Shown here: positions 16,075 through 25,195 of the stretch, piece by piece | Numbering within the stretch: the first letter of the stretch is position 1 | Layout: the number at the start of each line of letters is the position of its first letter | DNA from: a virus | Length of the DNA: 64,000 bases | Virus record (IMG/VR): IMGVR_UViG_3300037789_000060 | Strand: one strand, 5' to 3' | Program-made: the position numbers and the translations under genes | The notes under the pieces: model-generated | Seen by the model: the letters and a program-made list of their open reading frames with translations, nothing else | Told to the model about the DNA's origin: nothing | Databases searched by the model: none

Positions 16075-17487
16075 ATGCAGGATCTCGCAGAGCAACAGGG
16101 CGGCCAGGCCGACACGTCTCAAATGGAGATGCCAGTCTTGATCGAGGCGGAGCAGGCCCTGTTGGGTGCCATTTTGATCAACAACGACGCATATCACATG
16201 GTCGCTCAGTTTCTATCGGAAGAACATTTTTCCGAACACGTTCACCAAATCATCTACCGGGCAATAAGCAAAAGAATATCTGAAGGTAAGGCTGCGAATC
16301 CTATGATCCTGAAGGCGGCGATGATGGATGTCGCCAATCAGATGGTTGGGGAGTTGACGTTGGCACAGTATCTCGTACGTCTTGCAGCCGAAGCCGCGAC
16401 CATTTTGAATGCACGCGATTACGCACAGAGTATCATAGCAAACTGGAAGCAGCGGCATCTTATGCAGGCTGCACTTGATTGCTTCGACAATGCCAAATCA
16501 CTTCCAGTCCTGGATGACATTGATACGATCATCGAGAAGCTATCGAGCGATCTGCGTGACATTCAGTTTTCTGGTGGTATGCCCAATGTGGTGAGCATTG
16601 GGGAAGCCGCACGGAAATCATTGGCTGAAACCAATGAGGCTCATCAGAATGACGTGCTGCCGGGCTATTCATCAGGCTTCCAACCTTGGGATCATATTGT
16701 TGGCCGGATGCGGCCGGGTGACCTCATAGTATTGTTGGCCCCCTCAGGCGGAGGCAAGTCGATAATGGCTAGCCAGATCATGTGCTCAATTGCAGAGCAC
16801 TACGTTCCCTCAATGTACTTTCAGATGGAAATGCAAAGCGTTGATATGGCGAGACGATCCCTCGCGCTTGCCTCTGGAGTGAAAACATCTCTGCAAGAAG
16901 ACGGGACCATCGACATGATGGATTTCAACCTGCTGATGAAAGGCAACGACAAGCTGCAGTCTGTCCCATTCTACATAGACGATTCCCCGCAACTGAAAAT
17001 GAGCCAGATCGAAGCTCGCATGAGAGCGGCGGTAAAAATGTACAAGATCGGTGCCTTTGCGGTTGACCATCTGAAGCTCATTGAACCTGAGCATTGGCGC
17101 GATAACGATTTGATCACGATCAAGCGAGCAGCCAATCGAATGAAAGCCTTGGCGAAGGAACTCAAAGTCCCAGTCCTCTTGCTCGCTCAATGCACACGGG
17201 AGAGTCAGAAGCGAGAGGATACGCGCCCACGCATCAGTGACATATGGGGTGGCGGAGACATTGAAGAAATCGCAGATGCCGTGGTTGGCCTGCATAATCC
17301 ATCGGCGATGCTCATGGAAAGGATGCCGAACCCCAAAATGGAATCTGAATTTAGTAACTGGTTGCAGGAAGTCGAACGATGGAAGGGCCGGGCCGAAATG
17401 CGCTCGATGAAGCGCAGACGCGGCAAGAAAAGTGAGTGGTTTCAGGTTGGATTTGATGGCGAAATTGCGGAGTTCACAGAATTATGA
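16075..17487 (+). CDS. dnaB: Replicative DNA helicase, DnaB family
   Basis: EAEQALLGAILINN, LIVLLAPSGGGKS, FQMEM, VDHLKLI, LAKELKVPVLLLAQ, RPRISD. Confidence 0.92.
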   Translation: MQDLAEQQGGQADTSQMEMPVLIEAEQALLGAILINNDAYHMVAQFLSEEHFSEHVHQIIYRAISKRISEGKAANPMILKAAMMDVANQMVGELTLAQYLVRLAAEAATILNARDYAQSIIANWKQRHLMQAALDCFDNAKSLPVLDDIDTIIEKLSSDLRDIQFSGGMPNVVSIGEAARKSLAETNEAHQNDVLPGYSSGFQPWDHIVGRMRPGDLIVLLAPSGGGKSIMASQIMCSIAEHYVPSMYFQMEMQSVDMARRSLALASGVKTSLQEDGTIDMMDFNLLMKGNDKLQSVPFYIDDSPQLKMSQIEARMRAAVKMYKIGAFAVDHLKLIEPEHWRDNDLITIKRAANRMKALAKELKVPVLLLAQCTRESQKREDTRPRISDIWGGGDIEEIADAVVGLHNPSAMLMERMPNPKMESEFSNWLQEVERWKGRAEMRSMKRRRGKKSEWFQVGFDGEIAEFTEL

Positions 17488-17801
17488 CCAGCACACGTCA
17501 CCGCGACCAGACTAAATACATCGTTGAAGTTCTTTGGTTCAAGGGTCACACACAGGCGGCAATAGCAACCTGGTTGAACCTTACGCGTAAACAGGTTGCC
17601 GGCATCTGTGACAGATCCGATTACGGCAAGCGGTCCGATATGGAGCCGCTAGATCGACAGGTTATCCTTTCTGAACTATTTGAGATGCGGTACCGAGAAG
17701 ACGGAAGCACGTTTGATGGTGGTTACCTGAAGGACTTTGATTGGGTTACGCTCCCACTTGAAAGAGAGCAGAAACGTGGCAGACACAATTCCAAAACGTA
17801 A
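17484..17801 (+). CDS. HTH protein resembling the GcrA N-terminal domain
   Basis: LWFKGHTQAAIATWLNLTRKQVAGICDR. Confidence 0.55.
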   Translation: MTSTRHRDQTKYIVEVLWFKGHTQAAIATWLNLTRKQVAGICDRSDYGKRSDMEPLDRQVILSELFEMRYREDGSTFDGGYLKDFDWVTLPLEREQKRGRHNSKT

Positions 17802-18618
17802 GCTCAAATCACTCGCCGAACGCAAGGCGCAGATGCAACGGGACCGAGCCACCCCAGAAATGCGACAGCAAAGGGTGCGTGCCAACAAAGCATTGCAACT
17901 TGCAGGCCAGCGACCCGTCGTGGTTCCGTTGTCTGGCCACTATCGGAAGTCGGACGAAAGGGAAGCTGAACGTGCAGCTTTTTACGGGCACATGAACCTG
18001 ATCTTTGGTCTTGAAGGGTGGCAGAAACCAGGTCGGTTCCAAGCGACAGGACGATCCGGCAGCCGTGATGTCGAGAAACGTAAGATACTCACCAATAATC
18101 GCAGAAGCGATATTGTGAAAGAAGATATCAACGCCGCGCCCTTTGAATGGCTATGGCGCAACAGGCGCCTTCGGTACCTGCCAGACACAGTGGACATTGA
18201 GGATATCGAAGCGGCCAGAATCCATGCCGGGATAGCCTTCCGTGAAGAATGGGAATTGGGCCAGGTCACCGAGTTGCGCAGTCCGGATTGGCTGTCAGGC
18301 GGGGGCGGTTCTTTTGGGCCCCGATCGCTGTCAGCAACCAAAGTGGAGTGCTTGTCCTCCATCGGTGAGTTGAGCCACAACATGAAGTCGATCCCTCGGA
18401 TACCTGAAATGGGTGACATCTATCTGTTCAATGTGCTCGAGGAGGTGGTCGTCAAGGACCGTTTTCTATGGCGCGGGATGAAGGGCGACGAGCACAAGAG
18501 AGCGATACGAACGGTCCTTTGTGCCCTGGATTGTGCGGCCATCCACTATGCCGCTCTTTCCTTATCGGATTTCCGTGACCTGTGGCCCGAAGTGAAATAC
18601 ATGGACCGGCCGCTTTAG
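17776..18618 (+). CDS. Putative late-gene activator (DUF6456-like C-terminal region)
   Basis: Last gene of the rightward early operon; AG..FR..WE..Q...RS.DW..GGGG pattern; GTG start inferred. Confidence 0.45.
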   Translation: MADTIPKRKLKSLAERKAQMQRDRATPEMRQQRVRANKALQLAGQRPVVVPLSGHYRKSDEREAERAAFYGHMNLIFGLEGWQKPGRFQATGRSGSRDVEKRKILTNNRRSDIVKEDINAAPFEWLWRNRRLRYLPDTVDIEDIEAARIHAGIAFREEWELGQVTELRSPDWLSGGGGSFGPRSLSATKVECLSSIGELSHNMKSIPRIPEMGDIYLFNVLEEVVVKDRFLWRGMKGDEHKRAIRTVLCALDCAAIHYAALSLSDFRDLWPEVKYMDRPL

Positions 18619-18691
18619 AAGATCTGGCGACCATAGTTGCGCGGATACTGGAAAATGTGCGAACCTGCATCAAACATTTTTGAGGACGCAC

Positions 18692-19009
18692 ATGCTTAAA
18701 CGTTACACCCATTCCATTGCGGCTGCGATTCTATGTGTGGCTGCGACTGGGCAATTGTCACAAGCAAACTCTTACAACGTGCCTGATGCAGTCTTGCAGT
18801 TGTCCGTCGCTGAATACTCAGAACTGGGAATTCTTCAGCGACGGGACATGATGCAGAGGTTGGTTGAAGCCGAGCACATTGAGTATTTTGATTTGAATGC
18901 ATGCCTTACCGAGCAAGGCTTTCGTTCAGACGCACATCAAATCAGGATGGACGCTGCGCTATTCGCCTGCGTCCGATATGCCCGGGACCGGGTCAGCACT
19001 GCTGGATGA
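18692..19009 (+). CDS. Secreted/periplasmic hypothetical protein
   Basis: Signal-peptide-like MLKRYTHSIAAAILCVAATGQLSQA; GAGG RBS. Confidence 0.6.
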   Translation: MLKRYTHSIAAAILCVAATGQLSQANSYNVPDAVLQLSVAEYSELGILQRRDMMQRLVEAEHIEYFDLNACLTEQGFRSDAHQIRMDAALFACVRYARDRVSTAG

Positions 19010-19273
19010 TCGGCGCTCAATTTCGTCATCGATGACCTTTTTGAGTACGCCGATCGCCTTTATGTAGTCTGCGTTCGTCGGGTCAAACGGCGGCAGATCA
19101 GCAAGTACGGCCGCCATTGCCAGCCGGTCCTGAAGGGTTAGCTCTCGCTTCCCCAAGGCACTCGTGCTGCTGGTGGTGATCTTCATTCCAATTTTTTCAC
19201 CGGCTTGGCTTACCTGCTTGCCGTTGAACCCGAGTAGTGACATCCAGTTCGCAAAGTCAGTTTCATTGGCCAC
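18959..19273 (-). CDS. HTH-like hypothetical protein
   Basis: DFANWMSLLGFNGKQVSQAGEKIG...RLAMAAVLADLPP; GTG start inferred. Confidence 0.55.
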   Translation of the reverse strand: MANETDFANWMSLLGFNGKQVSQAGEKIGMKITTSSTSALGKRELTLQDRLAMAAVLADLPPFDPTNADYIKAIGVLKKVIDDEIERRSSSSADPVPGISDAGE

Positions 19274-19727
19274 TTTCAAACTCTTCCATTTTTTGATCTG
19301 CAACAGCAGTGATCATTTCGAGGGTCTTGTCGTCTCGCATCATTTCAATAAAGACACTGACGGCATGCGGTATGTCCTGCATACCATCGAGCCACTTGTA
19401 AACCGTCTTTATATTCGAGCCGTAGATACGTGCAAACTCTGTAACGGAGATGTTCGCATCCTCAATAGCTCGCGAAAGTGTTTCGGGGCTTGGTCGGACA
19501 TAGCCTGAGGATCTGGGCGTTGCTGTCTGACGGCTGTTCAGGACCTCGACCAGCGTTCGAGCAGCCGCCAATTCAGCAGCAAGCTCGTTGCTGAACGTGC
19601 GGGGCCTGCCACGCTCATTGACATACGCAGGGACAAGCCCCGGTGCAGAAAATTGCCCCAGGAAACCATCGCCATCCCGAGATGGGATGGCCTTGGCAAA
19701 GAATTTCGATGAAGGTTTACGCGCCAT
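19263..19727 (-). CDS. Protein with C-terminal XRE-like HTH
   Basis: ISVTEFARIYGSNIKTVYKWLDGMQDIP. Confidence 0.7.
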   Translation of the reverse strand: MARKPSSKFFAKAIPSRDGDGFLGQFSAPGLVPAYVNERGRPRTFSNELAAELAAARTLVEVLNSRQTATPRSSGYVRPSPETLSRAIEDANISVTEFARIYGSNIKTVYKWLDGMQDIPHAVSVFIEMMRDDKTLEMITAVADQKMEEFESGQ

Positions 19728-21246
19728 TGTCGGTCTCCGGTTTCTCTAGTTTGACGATAATTGTGTTGACGTTTGTACCCACGCTGGCAAAGCTGCCATC
19801 AGGCAATTCGTGGCACCATTTATTCTGCCAATTATTGGTACTATGCTTCGCTGCGAACTTTCGGAACGCTGCAGATTTTTTCGTTTCGCGGAACTCGGTT
19901 CCAGCTGACATGATTGCAACGAGTATCCCGCCAGGCTTCAGAAATTTCCATGCGTGCATCACATGATCGATATCTCGCTCTCGGTCGAATGGTGGGTTCA
20001 TGAGTACCCGATCATAGAGACCGGTTTCATCTGGTGACAACTTCAGAAAGTCTCGATGCCAAACGTTATGGTAGATGCCGGCACTCTTCAGCCCGGCGAT
20101 CAATTCAGGTTGGATTTCGACGACGTCGACGATCGTGCCTTCTGTCTTCGCAGCCAACGATGATATGTTGCCGGAGCCCGCATTGGGCTCCAGTATCTTG
20201 ACGCCATTGTTGTTTCGGATGAAAGCATAATCATTGATCAGCCGTTGAGCCAAGCTATCGGGGGTAGGGTAGAAGCCAAAGTGTTTGGCCGGCGTGTTCT
20301 TGATGTTGTCAAACGGGTCAGCTTCCTTGGTCTGTCCGTCGCCGACCACCTCGCCGTAATATTCACCGAGAACCTTGTTGACCTTCTGCACCAGATCCTT
20401 GCGCGTGAACCAGAGATGGGCATTGCCGTTCTTGAATATCCTAATCTTGAAGAATTCACCTTCATGTTCGGACTGAAACAGGCCGCCCCATGGAATTCTG
20501 TTTTCCTTCTTATATTGTTCACGTTCATTCCTGACCTGCCGGACTAGGCTCGCATACTTGGCGGTTGGTTTGCGGTTATCAAGCAGGAGGAAGGTGCGTT
20601 CGATATCGTAGATCGTAGATTCGTGATCGCGCTGGTGGCTGTAATAGCCGTCATCGTCATAGACACGGTCGATGATGATGCGTGAACCAATCTTGAATCC
20701 GTCATGTGAGCGGAACCGACGATCGAGTTTCGAGAACACGTTGGCAATCCCGCGTTGAAAAAGCGTTTCAGACTGGGTCATGAAGCCCTGAATGGTTGCA
20801 GCGATGTTTTCCACCGAAACCTCAGGCATCCAGTCGACGTCTTCGTCACGCACAACTTCACCATCCTCTGTCGGTTTGGGTGGCGGTGTCATCAACTGAG
20901 TGCGAAGCTCTTCACGGGATTGCTTGTCCATCAGGAGCTCGAGCTCTGTCAGTTCGATAATGTACGACCAAACATTCGTATCAATGATGCGTTTCGCAAC
21001 CCGAAAGTAGAGTTCTGGGTCCGGCACAGCAACAGTGGCGTTGAAGCGCTTTATCTCTTCACCAATTGAGTGATTGAAAAAGGTCTCGGCAGTTGGCGCT
21101 GCTTCTTTCGATGCCTGTTGTGCGGCCTCGATAGCCTTCTGCGCCAGCACGGCCGCCGCATAAGCATCTTTATAGAGGTCAAGTGCAATGTCTCGCTTCT
21201 TGACGACTTCGGCGATGGTACGTTGTGGAACAACTTCGGTTTTCAT
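19717..21246 (-). CDS. DUF4942 domain plus SAM-dependent amino-DNA methyltransferase
   Basis: FSKLDRRFRSHDGFKIGSRII, IFKNGNAHLWF (DUF4942); FYPTP, ILEPNAGSG, LMNPPF, GTNVNT (methyltransferase). Confidence 0.88.
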   Translation of the reverse strand: MKTEVVPQRTIAEVVKKRDIALDLYKDAYAAAVLAQKAIEAAQQASKEAAPTAETFFNHSIGEEIKRFNATVAVPDPELYFRVAKRIIDTNVWSYIIELTELELLMDKQSREELRTQLMTPPPKPTEDGEVVRDEDVDWMPEVSVENIAATIQGFMTQSETLFQRGIANVFSKLDRRFRSHDGFKIGSRIIIDRVYDDDGYYSHQRDHESTIYDIERTFLLLDNRKPTAKYASLVRQVRNEREQYKKENRIPWGGLFQSEHEGEFFKIRIFKNGNAHLWFTRKDLVQKVNKVLGEYYGEVVGDGQTKEADPFDNIKNTPAKHFGFYPTPDSLAQRLINDYAFIRNNNGVKILEPNAGSGNISSLAAKTEGTIVDVVEIQPELIAGLKSAGIYHNVWHRDFLKLSPDETGLYDRVLMNPPFDRERDIDHVMHAWKFLKPGGILVAIMSAGTEFRETKKSAAFRKFAAKHSTNNWQNKWCHELPDGSFASVGTNVNTIIVKLEKPETDNGA

Positions 21247-21287
21247 ATTCGTTTCCTGTGTGCATGGATGCGGGGGATAGGCTGGGC

Positions 21288-21653
21288 TCAGGCGGATGCC
21301 ATAGCTTGCAGCACTCTGATTGCAGATGGCTTGTTGCAGTCAGCAATCTTGCGGAATGCAACCAGCGCTTCAGTAGATCCATCGTCCATCAGGGATGGAG
21401 CATCATCATTCAGAGAAGTGCCGGCAAACAACTGGGCAAGTGGTATATCCAGTATGTTGCAGATAGCCACGATCCTGCCGGCGGATACACGGTTGGTTCC
21501 CTTCTCATACTTTTGCAACTGTTGAAATCGAATTCCAATCTGTTCTGCAAGCTCGGTTTGGCTCAAGCCCGCCATTTTCCGGGAGACTCGGATGTTCCGT
21601 CCGACGATGGCATCTGTGGTAGTTGCGGTACGTGCGTTCATAGTGTTCGACAT
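21288..21653 (-). CDS. XRE family HTH regulator
   Basis: VGRNIR..RKMAGLSQTELAEQIGIRFQQLQKYEKGTNRVSAGR. Confidence 0.9.
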   Translation of the reverse strand: MSNTMNARTATTTDAIVGRNIRVSRKMAGLSQTELAEQIGIRFQQLQKYEKGTNRVSAGRIVAICNILDIPLAQLFAGTSLNDDAPSLMDDGSTEALVAFRKIADCNKPSAIRVLQAMASA

Positions 21654-21714
21654 GTGGTTTCCTTTGTGCATTGTTGCGGGGTAGTTGTCGCAGCGGGAAA
21701 AGCTCGAAAGCTGA

Positions 21715-22920
21715 TCACGCAGCTAATTCAAGGGCTGTTCCGAAAGGTGCTTTCGCCGCCAGCCGATCGAATTTGAGGCCGTTGCCATAGACAGCCCATA
21801 GGACCGGGCACGATGGCTCGAGACCAAAGTTGCGGACCTCTAGGTCGGTGAAGTAGATCACCGCGGACGCATCGTCTGCGTTCGCAGCAATCCACTCAAA
21901 TGTGTCGGCGAAGCTTGTGCCACCACCACCGGTGGCCGTGATGGTCAATTCTTCGCCGCTCTCGAATGTCTCAACCGATTGGACACGGGTATCGGCATAA
22001 ATAACCGTGACCTTGTCCACAGCGCCGTCTTCGAAGGCGGCTCTTATCTCTGCGGCAAATCGGTTGAGAGCATTCAAGTCGATTGAGATCGACGTATCAA
22101 CGGCGACCACGATATGTGGCACGCCATCGGCGACGGTACCGGGAAGGATAAGCCCGGCATGCAGGTAACGGCGGTTTGGCCGAGACCATGAGTAGTCGCG
22201 TGTTGTCGACTCATCGATGAATTCTCTCAAGATCGTGCGCCAGTCGATGACTGGCTTGAGTAGCGCGTCGATCATGCGCTTCATGCTGTTGCTGCTGTCT
22301 CCAATCTGATTTTTTGCAGAAAGCATCACGGCTTGTCTGACCTGCATTTTTGCTTTCGATGATGCGGCCTGCAGTTTGGCAAGTTCATGTGGTTCTGCAG
22401 CGTCCAGGACGTCGCCGCATTGGCCTGGATCGGATGACCCATTGCCTGGTGATGTGGAACCGTCTTCCTGTCCATCGCCAGCCGATGATTGCCCAGTCGT
22501 CTCATTGGCGGGCATGAGCTCATATATTGCTTCCGCTGTCATGCCATCAAACTGTGGATCATGGAGCCCGCCGGCCGGCATGTTCATGCCTTCCGAGATA
22601 AGCATGCCGTTGATGGCATAATCACACGCACGCTTCCATCTATCCATGTCTCGACCTGAACGTCTTACATGGTGCTCAAGCGCGACATGCATCACCTCGT
22701 GAGCACATGCGAATTCGAGCTCAGATGGCGTCAATTTGTCGATGAAGTCGGGGTTGTAGAAGATGCTTTCGCCATCTGTTGCGAGCGTATCGATGTTCTG
22801 GTCGTCAGTTTTCTCAACAAGAGTGAGCTGAACTGCCAGCGACCCAAAGAATGGTCGTGAAAACATCAAACCTGTCCGCGCCTGCAATAGCTTGGTCTGC
22901 GTTTGGTCCGTGGTTTGCAT
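21715..22920 (-). CDS. DUF2201 metallopeptidase-like plus VWA domain protein
   Basis: ATDG..IFYNP.F, CAHEVMHVALEH (HExxH), VAVDTSISI (MIDAS-like), GGGGTSF, YFTDL. Confidence 0.88.
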   Translation of the reverse strand: MQTTDQTQTKLLQARTGLMFSRPFFGSLAVQLTLVEKTDDQNIDTLATDGESIFYNPDFIDKLTPSELEFACAHEVMHVALEHHVRRSGRDMDRWKRACDYAINGMLISEGMNMPAGGLHDPQFDGMTAEAIYELMPANETTGQSSAGDGQEDGSTSPGNGSSDPGQCGDVLDAAEPHELAKLQAASSKAKMQVRQAVMLSAKNQIGDSSNSMKRMIDALLKPVIDWRTILREFIDESTTRDYSWSRPNRRYLHAGLILPGTVADGVPHIVVAVDTSISIDLNALNRFAAEIRAAFEDGAVDKVTVIYADTRVQSVETFESGEELTITATGGGGTSFADTFEWIAANADDASAVIYFTDLEVRNFGLEPSCPVLWAVYGNGLKFDRLAAKAPFGTALELAA

Positions 22921-22988
22921 TGTAGGTCTCCAAATTCTCATAGGTGAGGGGGCCTGTCCCACGTCGGCGGAACAGGCGTGTTGTTCAT

Positions 22989-23978
22989 TCAACCAAGAAC
23001 AATATGCTTATGACGCTGGGTCCAATCGATGAAGGTTTGGTTCTCAGTCAAAGCCTCTTCCCGTCGAGTGGCACTCAGGCAATAGAGAATTTCAAACTCA
23101 GCCTCGATCCTGCGCATGTAGGTCATGCCGGCATCAAATTCGTTTGCATTCCTGACCCGTCCTGCCAGACCATAAGCAACAGCAAATTTGCCGTCTGACT
23201 TTTGAGGCAGGCGTGCTCCTGTCGGATCGCTCAGGATGCTGGCAAGAGGCGGCAAATCCCTAAATGCGCGAATAAAGCCATCGAATTCGGCCGATGCACC
23301 TTCTCCGACAAGGCCCTTGACCATGAGAGCACGAATGTCATCCGGATTATCCAGAACCTTGTTGACCTGTGCCCATGCTCTGGGTGTCGGGAACGTGCGG
23401 TGGTCGCCACTATCCATGTTGTGCAATTGATTGGGTCTGAAATTCAGGAAGCCAATGACCATGGGGTCAATAGCTTTCTGGCTTGCCCAAGCTGTCCATG
23501 CGTCAATGTCTGGTTCAACATCGATGTGTGCGAACCTGTTTGCGAGTGCCGATGGCATCTTCTGAGCAGCTGCCCGGTCCGATTGCCGGTTTCCGGCCGC
23601 AACAATCTTCCAGCCGGCAGGCAATTCATAATCACCAACCTTGCGATCCAGAACAAGACCGAAGCACGCCGCCTGCATCATTGGTGGTGCAGCATTGAGC
23701 TCGTCGAGAAACAGGATGCCGGTCGGGCCGTCACGCTCGACGTTTGGAAGGTCCGACGGCACCAGCCACCGGGCTTTGTCGCCGTCTATGGATGGAAGGC
23801 CGCGCAGATCAACTGGATCACGCAACACGGCGCGGAAGTCGATCAAAGAGCAGTTCAGTTCCTTCGCAGCGTCCCGAACGACGTCGGACTTACCAACACC
23901 TGGCGCTCCCCAAAGAAAGGTGGGAACATCGGCTGTGATATAGGATTTGAGAACGGTTGATGCTTGTTTCAGATTCAT
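22989..23978 (-). CDS. MoxR-like AAA+ ATPase
   Basis: WGAPGVGKS, DPVDLRGLP, LFLDELNAA, AAGNRQSD, ALANRF, TPRAW. Confidence 0.9.
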   Translation of the reverse strand: MNLKQASTVLKSYITADVPTFLWGAPGVGKSDVVRDAAKELNCSLIDFRAVLRDPVDLRGLPSIDGDKARWLVPSDLPNVERDGPTGILFLDELNAAPPMMQAACFGLVLDRKVGDYELPAGWKIVAAGNRQSDRAAAQKMPSALANRFAHIDVEPDIDAWTAWASQKAIDPMVIGFLNFRPNQLHNMDSGDHRTFPTPRAWAQVNKVLDNPDDIRALMVKGLVGEGASAEFDGFIRAFRDLPPLASILSDPTGARLPQKSDGKFAVAYGLAGRVRNANEFDAGMTYMRRIEAEFEILYCLSATRREEALTENQTFIDWTQRHKHIVLG

Positions 23979-24021
23979 GATGTAGGTCTCCTGGTTGCGA
24001 TAATTCGCGGGGTTGTTGCAA

Positions 24022-24840
24022 TCAAGCAGCGGGGTCTTTGAGCATAGAGCGAGCTTCACGGATCAGGGCCATGAATGTCTCATATTCTCCCGTGAGACGT
24101 TCATCGCTCAGATCCGCTATGTATTCATCGACCGAGGCATAGTTCGCTTTGTGGCCATTGTCTGGATCGTTGAATTCATCTTCCGGGGTGGTCAAGCTCG
24201 CCAGTCTCTTGACAAGATGTACCGCATCCCAAGAAAACGGCTCGGCGGGCCGGCGCATATCAATTTCGATAGGGTCATCGTCGCCGTCGACCGCTTCAAT
24301 GTGGAAAGTCTCGTCACCCTCGATCGACATATCTTCGGTTTTCATCCAACTGAAGCAGAAATCATCCGGGCTCATGCCCCGTGCGATCTTCTCAGCGGCC
24401 TCATCATTGGCTGCCATGATGGTTGTTTGAGCCATCGCTCTCATAGTGACCCATGAGCGAACGTAATATTCGACATCATCCAATACACGCCATTTGTCGA
24501 AGTGGCCGCTGTCGATCAAGTGGTTGAGGTGGTTTTGAATGGCCGCATCTTGACCGGTGTCTTGCCACGCTTTCCAACGCGCATGCAGTTCGGCGTCGTG
24601 CTCCAGCCTGGAATTGATGAAAGGAGGATGATCAGACAGCTTTGGTCCAGATGGTGGGGCATCCAACGTGCGAATATCAAAATATGACTCGTGGTCGCTA
24701 TCTTCTGGCGCGCAGACGAAATAGAACATTGACCTTCCCTGATCAACATCGTCATCATCGTATGTGCGGTAAATTGAGACCCCTTTGCGGGACAGAACGA
24801 GCTCGGGTTTCACCTTCCGAGTTGTTGTTATATAGGGCAT
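24022..24840 (-). CDS. Acidic hypothetical protein
   Basis: 272-aa ORF with RBS and upstream hairpin motif. Confidence 0.7.
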   Translation of the reverse strand: MPYITTTRKVKPELVLSRKGVSIYRTYDDDDVDQGRSMFYFVCAPEDSDHESYFDIRTLDAPPSGPKLSDHPPFINSRLEHDAELHARWKAWQDTGQDAAIQNHLNHLIDSGHFDKWRVLDDVEYYVRSWVTMRAMAQTTIMAANDEAAEKIARGMSPDDFCFSWMKTEDMSIEGDETFHIEAVDGDDDPIEIDMRRPAEPFSWDAVHLVKRLASLTTPEDEFNDPDNGHKANYASVDEYIADLSDERLTGEYETFMALIREARSMLKDPAA

Positions 24841-24904
24841 TTAAATTTCCTTTTTGCATGGTTGCGGGGGGGGGCTTTGCCTATCTGTGATTGGCAGACA
24901 TGGA

Positions 24905-25195
24905 TCAGCTATAACTGTCGACGGGTGCGTTATTCAGAGTGGCGCTGAGAGCATCAGCATAAGCCATCGCCACGTCTTCATCGTCAAAGTTACGTTCATG
25001 TTCATCAAGAGTTGTGAAAGGTTGCTGCGGATCATCCGGTGTTTCTTTGCGGACATACACACACCATCCATCGACAGATCCATCACATTTGTCATAATGC
25101 TGCAGGTTCTCTCCGTCAGGGTCCCTGATGTGCTGGTCGTTTAGACGAATGAACGCATAAACGCAGATTGTAGTTTCGTCTTCGATCACTGGCAT
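24905..25195 (-). CDS. Hypothetical protein
   Basis: 96-aa acidic ORF coupled to the upstream gene. Confidence 0.6.
   Translation of the reverse strand: MPVIEDETTICVYAFIRLNDQHIRDPDGENLQHYDKCDGSVDGWCVYVRKETPDDPQQPFTTLDEHERNFDDEDVAMAYADALSATLNNAPVDSYS

Noticed and set aside
18661-18675. GAAC-N7-AAAC as a LexA box
   Set aside because: One mismatch in a short motif; likely by chance
23202-23960. 252-aa plus-strand ORF opposite the MoxR gene
   Set aside because: Antisense shadow with no recognisable features
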